This document shows positions 51,278-64,000 of a stretch of 64,000 bases of DNA, one piece after another. Made by a program: the position numbers and the translations under genes. Origin of the DNA: Lingula anatina (lineage: Eukaryota > Animalia > Brachiopoda); contig CM120641.1 in the NCBI GenBank assembly GCA_051362555.1, positions 35,346,401 through 35,410,400 of the forward strand, written 5' to 3'. The notes beneath the pieces are model-generated. The model saw only the letters and a program-made list of their open reading frames with translations. It did not search any database and was not told the origin of the DNA. Position 1 is the first letter of the stretch. Each line of letters opens with the position of its first letter.

Positions 51278-54200
51278 CTAATAGAATCCTGTATCAAGTA
51301 ATTTTCCGAATACGTATTTGACCGTATTTTCGCTGCTGCTGGATTGCGGCATACCCATGTCGATCAGAGGCTTCATACGGCCGGTTTTTGCTGCTTTGAG
51401 TGCGGCGTTTAACATGCCTGTGTGCTTCTGGTCCAATCCTGTGCGTGAAGCGAAATCATCCACGTCTTGGCTCACTACAGAAAATAAAATCAGTACGTTT
51501 AGCACACTTCTCCTCTTACGATATATGACATGATAATATGATATATTTGAAAAACTCTCTCTTTCTTAGAAACAATTATCACTTTAACGTCATTTGCCAG
51601 CACAAGGTCACTAATGATTTTTGCAAAAAAAAAAAAAAAGAACCTGCATCATAGTTTACTTCATATCTTGACTAGCGTCTTACACTTTATCAACATAACC
51701 TAAATTTTAGTAGTTTACGATGAGTATGAATAGTACAAGAGAACACTTACCAGTTAAACCGTGTGCAACTGAGGCCAAAGATTTTCCCGCAAAAATACTG
51801 GACATGAGCCATTTTTCTTTGGTTAGGAATAGAACCAAATCATTGAATGCAGGGCGATCCTCTAGAAAAACAAAAAATAAGATAAAATATTATAGACGAC
51901 TGGTAATGATATATAAGCAACTTACTAGGTAGCTCACCAACGGTAATGTGTTTTTAAATCATTACTGCTTTACTTCCAAATGTACTATTAGTCAAATAGA
52001 AAACTCAACCTGATTAAGGTTCGTTCTGTGGAAAGCAAGAGATTGGTTTTGAAATTGTGTCGAATCCTATGGGGAAAACAGTATAATGGAGGGACAGAAA
52101 TTGTCACGACTTGACAACCTAATTCGATGTTTCGGCTTCTCCCTGGAGTTTTAGTTGGATTCTGTTAAAGAATCAGCCCTAGGGACGTGTCCATTAGGAA
52201 GTTCGTTTTAGTATGCGGACTTGGTAAATATTGAATGCGGTTACGAGCAGTTTTTTTAAGTGCAGTTTCTTGAAAGCTTTAAAGCCCCTGATTGTGTAGA
52301 AAGGGGGAATTCCGTGCAACGATTCCCCAGCTACAATGAGATGTGCTTTGCTCTCGCACAATGCATCTTGAAATTTACAGACGTTCAAAGTCGTTGGAGA
52401 ACTATAAAACCGTAAAGTCGCAGGAGAGTTAAATTCATTTTGCGTCCCATTGGGCACAATATCATTTCATTGCCAGTTTTCCAGGTCTCTGATCTTGTAT
52501 GATATGGCATTTGAATGAATTTTCCGAATAACAACTCCGAAGAATAAAAGCTGGGCTGCAAATACTCTATTGTCACCTGATCTTAGAACGTTCTATTTGA
52601 TTTGACGTTGCTTAGGGATCTTCACTGAAGCTCAGGTGTAAAACTTGTGTAATTTCTTACTGAGTATAAAGATTCCATTACTAGAAGTGCTCGATTGTAT
52701 TACTTCACCAAGTCTAGAATAATACATACACTTTGTCAAAACAACTTAGTATGGGGGAATTTGATTGGAATGGATGAAGCATTACTCATATGGCATTGAC
52801 TCTCTTATAATTGGCCTTATATCTCTTCGTAACGTAATTTTCCCCACAGCCGGCTTGTACATGATGACGAAAGTAAAGGCTCCTAATGTACTTTGTATTC
52901 TTTTCCTCTTCTAAGCTCCTTTTATTGTGAATCAAATGCCACTTTTTGAAAATGTTCAAACACCAATGGTCAAATACGCGCTCGCGTGCGCGCCTGTGTA
53001 GAAATAATACCATCATTATTCAACAGCAAAACTACTTTATAGTGAACATTCGTTGGGTTATTTGCCTGGAATTTTGCAATTGTATCTCAAAATAAAAGTC
53101 TCATCATTTTCAAGGAATCAAAATATGGCTACCCATCTCCACATTATCATCTTGCTCAAATTGAAAACTATGCACTTCTTTTAGATTTGAAAGTCTATGT
53201 GTCGTTCAAATCGCAATTAAGCCGTTGGAAATAGTCATCAGGAAATTCTATACATTGTCCGAACATTTCAGAGAGAAATAGAAAAAAATTCTGGTGTTAT
53301 CCAGCAGGTCCAAATAGGTTAACCATGTATCTTGCTATTTACATTCCCCATCTACATTTTGATATTTCTAATCCATTATTACCGCGATTAGTGATTTCCA
53401 TCCTGAGACCCTTCAACCCTCCGCTGTAGTACAATATTTTGTATAATCAAATTGCTGGTTCATACGTGTTACAGCTTTCAATCATTTTATTGCAACAGCA
53501 AATCTTAGATGTAAAAACGTGCATACGGTTCTAACCAACACATAACGCAGACATAATCTAATAGGTATATGGGGATGAAAGATAATCGTCAGTATTTCGA
53601 TATTGCTAAAGCATTTAAACGTATACACTAATGGACTTGTTGCAAGTTATACAACATTGTAAGAATGAGATAAAATTTGTTATTTATATAAACAGACCAA
53701 CATTTATTTTGTTTAAAGCACTTGTGCACATTGATTGTCAAATCCAGTGGCTCTTGCAGTGGTGTTACTGTAAGATGAACCATACTGTTTGATCGAGATA
53801 TCGTGTGTCTACTGACTTCAGGACGGAACACTGACTACTGTCAACAAGGACCGTAATAAGATTATTTCAAAGGAAACCATCATTCAGAATTAAGGCAAAG
53901 ATTTCATTCTAAATCATCCATAGTGGGTATTCATGATCGTAATAACTACAATACGTAACATTTTGATATGTTATCTTAATAGGTCTAACTTTTAAATGGA
54001 TAGTGTGGTATCTGCTTGAAGCACCACTCAAGTCACATTCGTATCTTGTTAAATAATCGATGAGAAAACAAATTGAAACAAGTAATGTTTTACACTTTTT
54101 GCAAATATTCATCAACATTGGTGTTTCCTCAATTCTTGCCGCAAACATACAGGTTGGACGACTTAAATTTTTTTCAGAAAAATAAAATCCTTGTATTTTC

Positions 54201-56367
54201 TCTTGCAATTTTGCGCAATAGTGTGGATGTTAACACAGGTTCTGCACTAAAACGACTGCTATTTCACAGTTACTAATTTTGATGAAAGTGTGCGGTTTGA
54301 TTAATGTCAGGTAAATTGCTGTAGACATGAATAACTTGGTTCATTGCCCACACAAAGTAAATCAATTAGCAGAAGCAAGGGAATCGAACTTTTTGCGGAT
54401 ATTCTTTTTTTCTTTCACATATACTCTTAACTGTTAAGGCCATCATTCAGAACACGCATATTATACTTAGCAACATTAAATTTCTCTGCCTTCACTCATC
54501 TCAATATGTTATTCATTCATTTCTTGGTTTATTTATTCATTCTTCATTCTAGGTTAGACTATGCCACTAGGTAATGCATTCCAGATCCGTCTACTCACTT
54601 GCTTTGCAGAGATCTGGATTTTCATCGTAGCCGTCTTTGCAGTCCGGGCTCTGATCACATACATATTTCAGTGGAATGCACTCGTCAGAGCTCTGGCATG
54701 GGAATGGCATGTCCTCTCTGTCACATGGATTACCTGCTAGAAATAAATCTGCCATTAAGTTCTAATAGGAAATAGGAGATGGGTCATTATTCTTATAAAA
54801 CCGTCTTTGGTTGATGTTTTTTTTTTTTTTTTCGCATTGAACACTTTTTGTCGCCATTTCAAAAATGTATCAATTGACAAATTTTAAAGATTATATCCTA
54901 TGCCGATTTGATAATGATCAATGGCAATAATCAAGTTAAAGGACAGTCCATAAATTAATCAGTCTGCAAGCGACCCGGAAAACACGTCTTGCATAAACTA
55001 TGGAGATATGATTGCCTTGTGTCTGGCTAATTAACGATCAACTGTCAAATTCCCTTGAAGATATTAACATAAATGAATGTTTAAATGTAAAGCGTGTTTT
55101 TTTATTCTTTGACATAATACCTATTTCATATATGTCAAAATATGGCGATGTTGCGAATTGCATGCTAAAACAAGTTCATTTAATTTCAACTATTTGCCAG
55201 TACATTTTCAATGACGCGAATGAAAAGACAAATTAAGGTAGTTACTGTCAAAAGTAAGTCGTGTAATTCAGTTTGAGAACAATGTACGCCAAACGCAATA
55301 GAATTATAACCCTGGCAAGATAACAAAAGCCATGAGGACGAAGATTACGGATAAATGCAACGACGTGGAAACAATATATATATGTTACTTAAAGAATATA
55401 ACTGCTTGGCATAGTTATCGGGTAAAAAATCTTAAATTATTTATGAGAAATGAAAATACATGTATAACGTTGAATCGCCTAAATCAATCGCTTTTTTAGT
55501 TGAAGGTATGTAAACCGTCGAAAAGCTCTATGCCATATAGTAAGTTAACGTCTGGAACAGTTCTCGAAGGACACATTAAAAGGATTTATTAAATCTTTGT
55601 CGAACTGCGTTTTAATAATACCGTTGATACCGATTATTTTCAGAATTGATAATCAAATCATCGTCCCTCACGTTTTCGGAAAGAAAAGTGCAACGCTTTG
55701 AACGGGATTTCGAAAAAAATGTGCAAATAGGTGTCAGTTTCTTGATATGATAGCACATCAGACTATTTAAAACGTTAAATATCGCTGCATACTATGCGTT
55801 AACTAGAAAAACGTTACTTAAATTATTCCTAATCTATTCAAGTACTTTTGTGATTCGGTTTGTAGGTTTCGAAAAATACATAACCACTCCTAATTTACGC
55901 ATTTATTTTACAATGCGATGAAGTACTATCTGAAGAAATGAAAGTTTATGCAAGAAGTTGTACAACAAGTAAGTGTTTGAGATAGGCGAATCCTCAAATG
56001 AACTTATTTAACTCATGATATGTCGGTGGCAACAAAATAGCTAAGTAATGAAAAACGCTTCATGCGCGCACCACCAACAACGACAAAAATAATCTAGAAA
56101 CATTTTTATGGCGTTATTCTAAAAACGTTGAGATTTTAAAAGTATGTCTTGATCGAATAAGATGTGTACTAATTAAAATCACGAACTATGTAGGTCCAAA
56201 ATACAACAATTTTAAATTGCTTGTAAAAAACGGATGAGCGTACCTCCCCCGCGTTTATCGGCGTATATTTTTCCGAGTCTCCCTGTAAGCCGTGACAGAT
56301 CCACGCTCATCCCATAACAACAGGCAGCGAAGAGAGGCAGCAGTATTAGTTGATGTTCCTTCTTCAT
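51278..56367 (-). CDS. Prohormone-4 / IDLSRF-like neuropeptide precursor with an LDL-receptor class A module; exons 56367-56244, 54733-54599, 51861-51751, 51474-51278 (~188 aa)
   Basis: Signal peptide [19 protein letters not shown], then [20 protein letters not shown] (compare insect IDLSRF...KR). Six-Cys LDLa module [41 protein letters not shown]-terminal region [12 protein letters not shown]...[14 protein letters not shown]...MGMP...KLLDTGFY* is typical of this family. All introns are GT-AG and phase 1. Confidence 0.9.
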
Positions 56368-57019
56368 GACTATGGTCTGAAAAAAAAACAGAAAGAAAAA
56401 CATTACTATTTCTCTTCTCCAAAGACAAATTGATCAATTATCTTATGAGTCATAACTACAAAGATCCCGTCATGAAAATTCATCAGGAATTACTATTTCG
56501 TATTGATAAAATGGGGACTATTCTGGACACCCCGCGTCGCTAATTGGATTTCGACGAAATAATTGATGAAATTTGATTGCTGAAAGCATGAAGGCTGCCA
56601 GTAAACTAACGGAAATACATATATTCATAACCGAATTGTTGGCAATGACATCCACTAATTACCGTTCACTGTGCCTCAACAACTAACAAGAAAATTGTTT
56701 CTCACAATTACATGCGGTATTCGCTTTACATTTTTGTATTAAACTTTACCAAAATAAGAAAACTCAACACAAGAAAAGCGATATTTTCCTTGTGCCACAA
56801 ATGGTAAAACAAACTTTCTAATTACCTGTGTTATTTCTATGTCCTAGTACAAAACAATCGCGTAAATACTTTTTCTAAAAATCACAAAGTCTGTCTTTGG
56901 TTGTGCTTTCCAGGAATGAAGTCTCAATTACTTTCCAAAACTTTGGACGTTTCTACTTGGTATGCTGCCTCGGAAGAGAACAGAATTCCCTGCTATTTAA
57001 CGTTGCTCCTGGCCCTCTC

Positions 57020-57145
57020 GCTTATAATTATCATCTAACTGCTGTCGATTGGCCGACACCGTTTTTATATCGAACGTTTTCTACAGAGGGTCTCCCACGC
57101 TAGTCCGAATGATGTCATCACTTCAGTCGGGGTTGCCATGGTAAC
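57020..57145 (-). promoter_or_regulatory. Putative promoter of the prohormone-4-like gene: RFX X-box, CRE/AP-1-like site, TATA-like and CCAAT motifs
   Basis: GTTGCCATGGTAAC at 57132-57145. TGATGTCA at about 57110-57117. Minus-strand TATAAAAA at about 57069-57062 and CCAAT at 57052-57048. A candidate non-coding first exon ends at donor CAG|GTAAT near 56825, and the coding exon has an acceptor at 56377. Confidence 0.5.
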
Positions 57146-60100
57146 GCTACTTTAGTGATCAAAAATCAACCAGGGTTCTATTTCATTTGATAAATGAAGA
57201 AAATTTAATGGCACCGTTGTGATTGTCGTGGGATTATGTAAAATAGAAAGTTTGAGTGGTCGTTCGGACGCGCAGTTTGTTCTTTTATTGTGTTTGATAC
57301 CACTAGCTATCTCTTCCGGTTAGATCTACACATGGTCATGTTGTATGGTTTACAGCAATCCAAGGTTATATCTCGGTAAGTTTGTACAAAGTAAACTGCT
57401 GCCATGTGATCTACCATGATACCATGTTACACTTAATTTATCCACATAATGTCTAACAACACTTTCATTTACGTGTCTGTTTGCAGGCCGACCCTTTTCG
57501 GTATTTCTGAATAAAATCAATGCCCTTGTGTTGCTCTCTGCAAGTGATCTACGTATCAAAATTAATTTCTGACAGACTCTGGTAGGTGTAATTGGATTTT
57601 GAATTCGGATGTGTCATCTGCACATTGTATTCTGTGAAGAAGATAAGTCGAGTAGCATATCTAGTCAATTTTCAGCAGGGTTGTCTTCATGTTCTGTGAT
57701 GTATGATTAGCATTTAAAGACATTGACGCATGTGATAATGAAGTATTAAGTATCCAGTAGAAAGACGCGGACCTCACTGCCAACTATGGGCTGCTAGCCG
57801 TTAAAGATGACTGAAGTAAGATGTTAGTGTACAAAATCCTCTGGAGAGAGAGATGGAAGTAGAGAGCAGAGATATCAGGACCTAAGGGGACATAACGACG
57901 GATGTCACAGGGGGTTAGTCACGAATATTTGACGGGCAGACCGAAAATGATTAACGCTGCACCAGACGCACTGTTTGAATTTGCAATTTAGAGCGGCGCA
58001 CCGATTCACTCCCCAGATTCTGTCTTCTGAACTCTATAAAAAAGCTACTTTGTTCACTCCAATTCTGACCCAACCCAGCTCACCTTATCCTACAGTGGGG
58101 ATTACCAACCTACCTTTTATATGTTTTTGTTTTTCATGAAGCTCTCAGGTTGATGATGTGGAAAAAATAGAGACAGTACTAACTCATAAGGAATGCTGCA
58201 ATGTCTGCATGAACAATATTGATTTCTTGCAAAAGAAAAAAATTAAAGCAGGAATAAAATTTTTGTTTCCTAGTAAAACGCATTAACGAGGGAAGACAAT
58301 TGAATTCAAGTCATGTGCGACGTCTAAAACTGCGATCTTTTGCTTTCTACTTGTCCGCCTTTTCCAAGTCGCTTTACACCCTGCATTTGATTTTGTGACA
58401 TCTATTCAATAATGGATTATAGTCAATGGCAACTCATTCGGACATAATTTTTTGTATCTTCTGTGTTAAAAGACAGTGCATAGCATTGTTACCCTATTGG
58501 TAGCCTATGTAGATCTTTTTTGAAAGTATATGGCGTCGAACCAAATGAAACGAAATGAAGTGTTGACATTCGCAATGATATGACATCCTTAAGGAAACGA
58601 GAAATAGTATGTGCAGTAAATTGTAATTTTTTATATTGAAAACAAGCATAAAATATACAGTAGGAGTCCATGGTGTTTAATTTGTAAAACAGTTATTTGT
58701 GTAGTTTCTTCTGGATTGCATATGAGGAACAACGATTACCCCTGCTGCTACATAATGGTACGCATAGCGTGTTGCAAAGCTCAAGCATACATATAAACAT
58801 ATTTTAGTGTGAAATCAAACAATTCCCTGCATGGTGCAAGACAATAAAACACAAATTTCTTCCTTCGCCTCACTTATATGTTCCGATTTAAACTTATCTG
58901 TTACTATGGCAATGCCTTTATTTCAACTTCAGCACCACGTCTGTCAACCGTATCTTAAAACGCCGCCAGTTAGAGTTGGATAGGCTCTTTCTCAAGGTAC
59001 CCAACATTATCTGCAAACACTACAGATACGTATCTTCCTTTCCCTCATGGGACCCAAACGTTTTTTTTTTTTTCTTTTTTTTACCATTTGCTTTGGGATT
59101 AATAGTGAACGTAAGGACATTCGCGACGTTTGTACCTCGGTGTCCTTTTAACGAAGAAGATAATTTTCAGTTTAAGTGCCCACACAACAATCAATTACTT
59201 ATATCTTTTTGTAGGTGCCTTTACCCCCTGTAATTGAATAACGTCTTTCATACTAACTAAGGTTTGTAAAAAATCCGATAAGCAGCTGTGTTGGGACTTC
59301 ATAAATGCTATTAGAAAAAGCGGATTAACATTCTAACCTAAAATATTGTGTAGAACCGCTCTACAAAGCTATTTAATTCCTCCTGTCAACAATTAGTTCG
59401 GTGGGGCTTTTTTTAGTGCAGTGTTTATTCTTTTTGTAAAAACTGTTATACTGATTACAGAAAACAGTGAAAACAGAGCTTGATTTGCATGAACTATAAA
59501 GCAACTTACCTTACAACACAAAGTCCAAATGAAGTGTCCAAATTTTTTTTAAATGTTCTTTGCTCGTGTAATGCTTCCCACTGATTCAAAATTTGCGTTT
59601 TCCTCTACAGTTCTAATCTCGTGAGGCCCGCGCAAGTTGTACCATCTGTATTAATGAGATTCCACAAATTACTATGTGACAAAACAATGCAAATGCAGCC
59701 CCAGCGCTCATTCAATCATTCATTGTCTTCGCCGTTCTTAAATAGCAGCTTTATAAATTGATAACGTGGTCACTTGAATATTTCAATAGTTAACCTGAAA
59801 GCATGAATTTTACGCACGTATAGTAAACACGATCAAACTACGGTGATGTAATATCAATAACACAAACCCAAGGATGACATTTATAAGGGGAACATTTCGA
59901 GGGAAGTGCTTACTTAAATGGCAAAGTTGCCATGGCAATGCCTTTAAGCAGGTATATTCAAAGTGGCATCTTTATCGGTGCTACGACGGAAACCTATACA
60001 TTATTCAAACGCTCGGGCCGCCGAAAGCCTTAAACGGCTCTCAGCACTCCTCTTGGGGAAAGTGATTAAATATCATTTGCATATCTCACCACTACATCAA

Positions 60101-60647
60101 TTCAATTTCACGATTGATTTTCAACTGAAGCAGATATGGGTCTGACCTCAGTGTGTTCTTCACTCGTAGCTTACGACACCGAGGTTCAAAAGCAGCTCGC
60201 TAGATTAAAGCTTTACCAAACAGGGAACGCTCCTAGGAGACTTCTCAATGGGCCTCGTCATGGAGGACTCGGTCACAGGTGTTGGCATTATATAGATTTC
60301 ACGATGGAAATCGTTTAACGTTATGTGTTACAGAAACATAATGGATTTTTGAGGGGGGAAAAGCCTGCGCCATAAGCTTCTCGTAATCCTCCTCTGTGCT
60401 CTCTGGGAATCAACAATTTAGACATAATGCTATTATTATTGGGGTTAAATGAAGTGGTGGCTATCCTTGCTGCCCATATCTGAGCGCCAATCTGGATCAA
60501 TATATTTACAACTCCTTGTGTAGGCGTTGTACAAGTCACGGAATATGATTATATTATGCTTTAACAGGGAACTACACGTATAAGTGATTATTTCAAAATG
60601 CGAACACTTGCATGATACAAAAAATATGGGTCGCAAAGTGACTCTGG

Positions 60648-60653
<6 letters not shown>

Positions 60654-60686
<33 letters not shown>
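60654..60686. repeat. (CT)n microsatellite
   Basis: Directly visible. Confidence 0.9.
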
Positions 60687-60690
<4 letters not shown>

Positions 60691-63600
60691 GGATGTACAT
60701 GTAGAGGCCTATGTTATTGCGTTTGACGGTACAAACGGCAATTTAAGCCCAATGAATCTAATAACCAGAAGATAACGCCCCAGAGATTTACAAACATGTT
60801 ATCTCATCCATTGAGTCGGCATGACTTGGCATCCTAAATATATATCCAATATGTATCTGGATTTGAAAAGGCATTGTCTTTTGGACTGATTTCATCTTAA
60901 TTTTTCGCAGCTATTTTTATACAAATAAATGTATAATTGACTTTGCAGTGAATAGCTGCTGGATTGTGATATCAGTGACTTTAATAAGAAAAAAATAGTT
61001 AGCGTTTTTCTTTTCTTTTTTTCTTTTTTTTGTTTTATCTATTCATTTATTGCGCCATCTACATAAATTTATTTTGCGTCATGCTTAGGACCATTTTGGA
61101 TTCTACGCGCACAATACACTTAAACAATTGGGTTTTCCATGAATCTCTTAGATTGATTGTTCCAATTTAAGATATTCTCTCTTTTTGTTTTCCTTAATCA
61201 AATACACCAAACCCAAGATGCCCGTTTCCTTTGTTTGAATTAATTTGTAAAGGGGTCGTTTACCTTTGAAGTCAGTTCCCCCCGTCTCTACTATGGGCAC
61301 TTAGTTTATTTAATGAATAGTGTCTTAAACAAAGTTTCGGTACCATTTAGGGTTCGATGCTTACCTCAGTTGGATACAGTTGTAAGAGAATTTGCATTAA
61401 AAGATAACCTCATTTATGATGATATACGGAAGAAAATGCAGAACGCAGTTCTAGGACTGGCCATACAAATCTTTGTTGAAAGAGAAGAATGCCTCGGAAG
61501 CGTGTTCTCTGTATTTGGGAACTTAGATGCCAGCATTCCGCCAAGAAATCAATTATGCTTTACTTGATACAAAATATTTTAAAGAAATGCAATTTGGCGA
61601 AACGCGTTTATTCTTCACTTGTACAACAGTGTTATTTGCATAAGGAAATTAAAATATGGCGGCATTTTGCACTCTCATTCAGTTACCCTTTTTCTTGCAG
61701 ACTGCGTCTGTCAGTTCAAACATATATTCTTCATGCGAAATATATACAATTCACTCTTTCATTTTTGTAAAATGAATCAGCAGATTGCAATACTTAAGTT
61801 TCTCTGTGCAAACTTAAATTGGTGTGTAGTGCCCTTCTTTTGTTTAGTTTATATTGACAACAAGCAGAGGAGGGGAATATCAAACATTGTGTCCCAAAAA
61901 ACATAGTTAATTAATGGAAATCCGTATCGTTTTTTTTCTTCCTTTTTTGTTACCTCCTACACAGTTTTGTCACCTGCATGCAAGGCAAGTTTGCAGGCAA
62001 GCGCCAACTTACCACTGAAATACAAGTATTTATAAAAACAGAATAGGCATTTTGTAAAAAGACATTAGGTTTAGAAACCCGAAAACCGGGAGCACATGAG
62101 CGCGTCATTTCGTCCTACGCTGTGATACACGCTTTTATGTAGCCTTGATACGTTTTGGTAAACTTTTAGATCACAAGAATGACCTATCGAACAATTTTGC
62201 CACTGATACCAAAATCAGTAATATACGAAGGTAATGACCACTTAATGCTGAGTCATTAGAACCATTAGAGTGCGCATAACCATTAACAAATCTCCCATAT
62301 ATCTGCTACTCCATCTGAAACATCCGGCCGAAACAATTGATGATCGTTCTGATGAAAAGACAGTTATTTCATTTGTCTTTGTCCCAACAATGCCCAAAGT
62401 GGCGCAAAAATTCCTTAGCTCGGCTATTGACGTATTGTCAGTAATACCTTGCTGCACCATTTCAGTGACATTATGGTGCATTTCATCGCTGAGTAGCGTT
62501 TTTTTTTTTTTGCCGTCTTATGCAATTGCCCACTCATTGCAAGCTGTATATCGCCTGTTAGTTACTGTAAAACGATCGCTGCATGATTGGTTTACCCTGC
62601 CGTTGAAATAGTATCGTTAGTAAAACCAGTATATTCATATCTAATTTTCTTGCAGGACGACCTCTCACATGCAGTATATTCTCTGTTGAGTCAACAGCAA
62701 TACCCAGATGGTCATATCGCTGTTATCCCATTGTACTATAGCCGTTGCATTATATTGCCTATAGTGTAACTTAAAAGGAGTGTATTTGTTCTAGGAAGAA
62801 AGAAACTGGCCGACGGAGAACAGAAAATTATATTTAGTACATATCCCGTTTTTAAATATTTTAAAGCATTTACTGCGTATACGCGGAGGGATTTCGTGTT
62901 ATAAAAATTCAAGTTTTGAAAAAGGAGGTCCAATTGTTACAAACTGCTTCTGGGAACTTCAGTGCATCTAAAATGATTGATAGTGTGTTCATGTTTTGTT
63001 TGGGAATACATGAACATTGTCGTGTCAAGTGGTTTCCCAAACTTAATTGTATTATAAGGTAGAGCAGACATTTTATTTTTCTTTGATGCTAGGAAGAAAT
63101 AAGACTAGTGATAGCTGTTAACACACAGTAAAGGGGATATACGATCATAGTGTGCGGGATATATAACCAAATATGGCAATCACCGGTGCAAAATATGCAC
63201 TTCCAGTGCCAGAAATAAAACCTCAAAAGTCGGAAAATGTCATATCACAGGTTAAAACAAGTATTTAATCAAATGCACGTATTTCTGTACATTCCCAGAC
63301 TCTTACTTTTCTCTTTGGACTGATATGACGCTAAGCGTTTGGTTGAAATTCCATTTTTCATGATACTGCTTTATACAATTCACCAAAGGGTAATCAACAG
63401 GCTGCCCCAGGGGGGTCATTACTCTAATCTTTCCACTTACGAAAACCCAAGTAATTTGCTGTAAACATTAACGTCTGAGTCTTCGTGGAATTAGGACCCC
63501 GTAGAGGCTGCATCTGCGGGAGCCATTAAACAATTAGATTTATCAAGACGCATTGACCTAATAGACCCATAGGGCTCTACCTTTCCAACTCCTGCCTTAA

Positions 63601-63904
63601 GTTATAAAAACATAAGCTTACTACTTAAGTATAGAGCAGACCAAAACTGTTCGGACATGAAGCTGACATTTTACTCACAAAGCTGCTTCATTCCAACTTT
63701 CTTTTGAGAATTTATATCTAAATTGGCAATTTCATCATTCACTGACTCAAAAAGTTATTCTTTATAGAGCACGAAAGTGTGACCAATATTCTGTAGGCAC
63801 TCTTATACCAAAGCAGAATAACCGTAAAATACTGTTTAAATTGTCAAGAGATTTTACTTAAGTTCCTTCACGTGTATAAAGAATATTGTTCTGTAACAAA
63901 TAAG

Positions 63905-63924
63905 CAAGCAAACAAACAAACAAA

Positions 63925-63959
<35 letters not shown>

Positions 63960-63973
63960 ATACATACATACAT
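63905..63973. repeat. Compound (AAAC)/(AAAT)/(ACAT) microsatellite
   Basis: Directly visible. A similar (AAAT)n run lies at about 35184-35232. Confidence 0.9.
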
Positions 63974-64000
63974 AGGGCCTAAATAAATAAGTAAATGCAC

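Noticed and set aside
52190-52580. Minus-strand ORFs in prohormone-4 intron 2 (TIR-like or LINE-like wording)
   Set aside because: Only a vague resemblance, most like a decayed LINE 3' end (…FKAFKKL.LKK.L). Multiple stops and no splice support.
62242-62700. SAP-domain-like stretch SIAELRNFCATLGIVGTKTNEI, possibly a transposase remnant
   Set aside because: Too short and surrounded by stops. I cannot support a family assignment without a profile search.

Overview
AT-rich, intron-containing animal genomic DNA, most likely from a lophotrochozoan (probably a mollusc; inferred from gene and repeat style, not proven). By reading splice sites by hand I reconstruct five protein-coding genes. (1) The last exon of Otx (+, 201-785). 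(2) An uncharacterised two-exon gene (-, 8419-9421) whose product looks like a tandem HIT-fold protein and whose promoter has IRF/NF-kB-like motifs. (3) A complete three-exon goosecoid (-, 18203-25104), tail-to-tail with Otx. (4) An eight-exon class-I SAM-methyltransferase-like gene (-, 34891-45521), one of whose introns has no usable GT donor. (5) A four-exon prohormone-4 / IDLSRF-like neuropeptide precursor with an LDLa module (-, 51278-56367), with RFX X-boxes upstream. Repeats include a 5'-truncated L2-type LINE, a 3.2-kb non-autonomous Helentron/HINE carrying twelve 146-bp satellite units, each with a perfect nuclear-receptor DR1, plus several MITEs, minisatellites and microsatellites. 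I see no rRNA, tRNA or CRISPR array. The best candidates for something undescribed are the HIT-like gene between Otx and Gsc and the DR1-array Helentron; both are sequence-based inferences that need testing.
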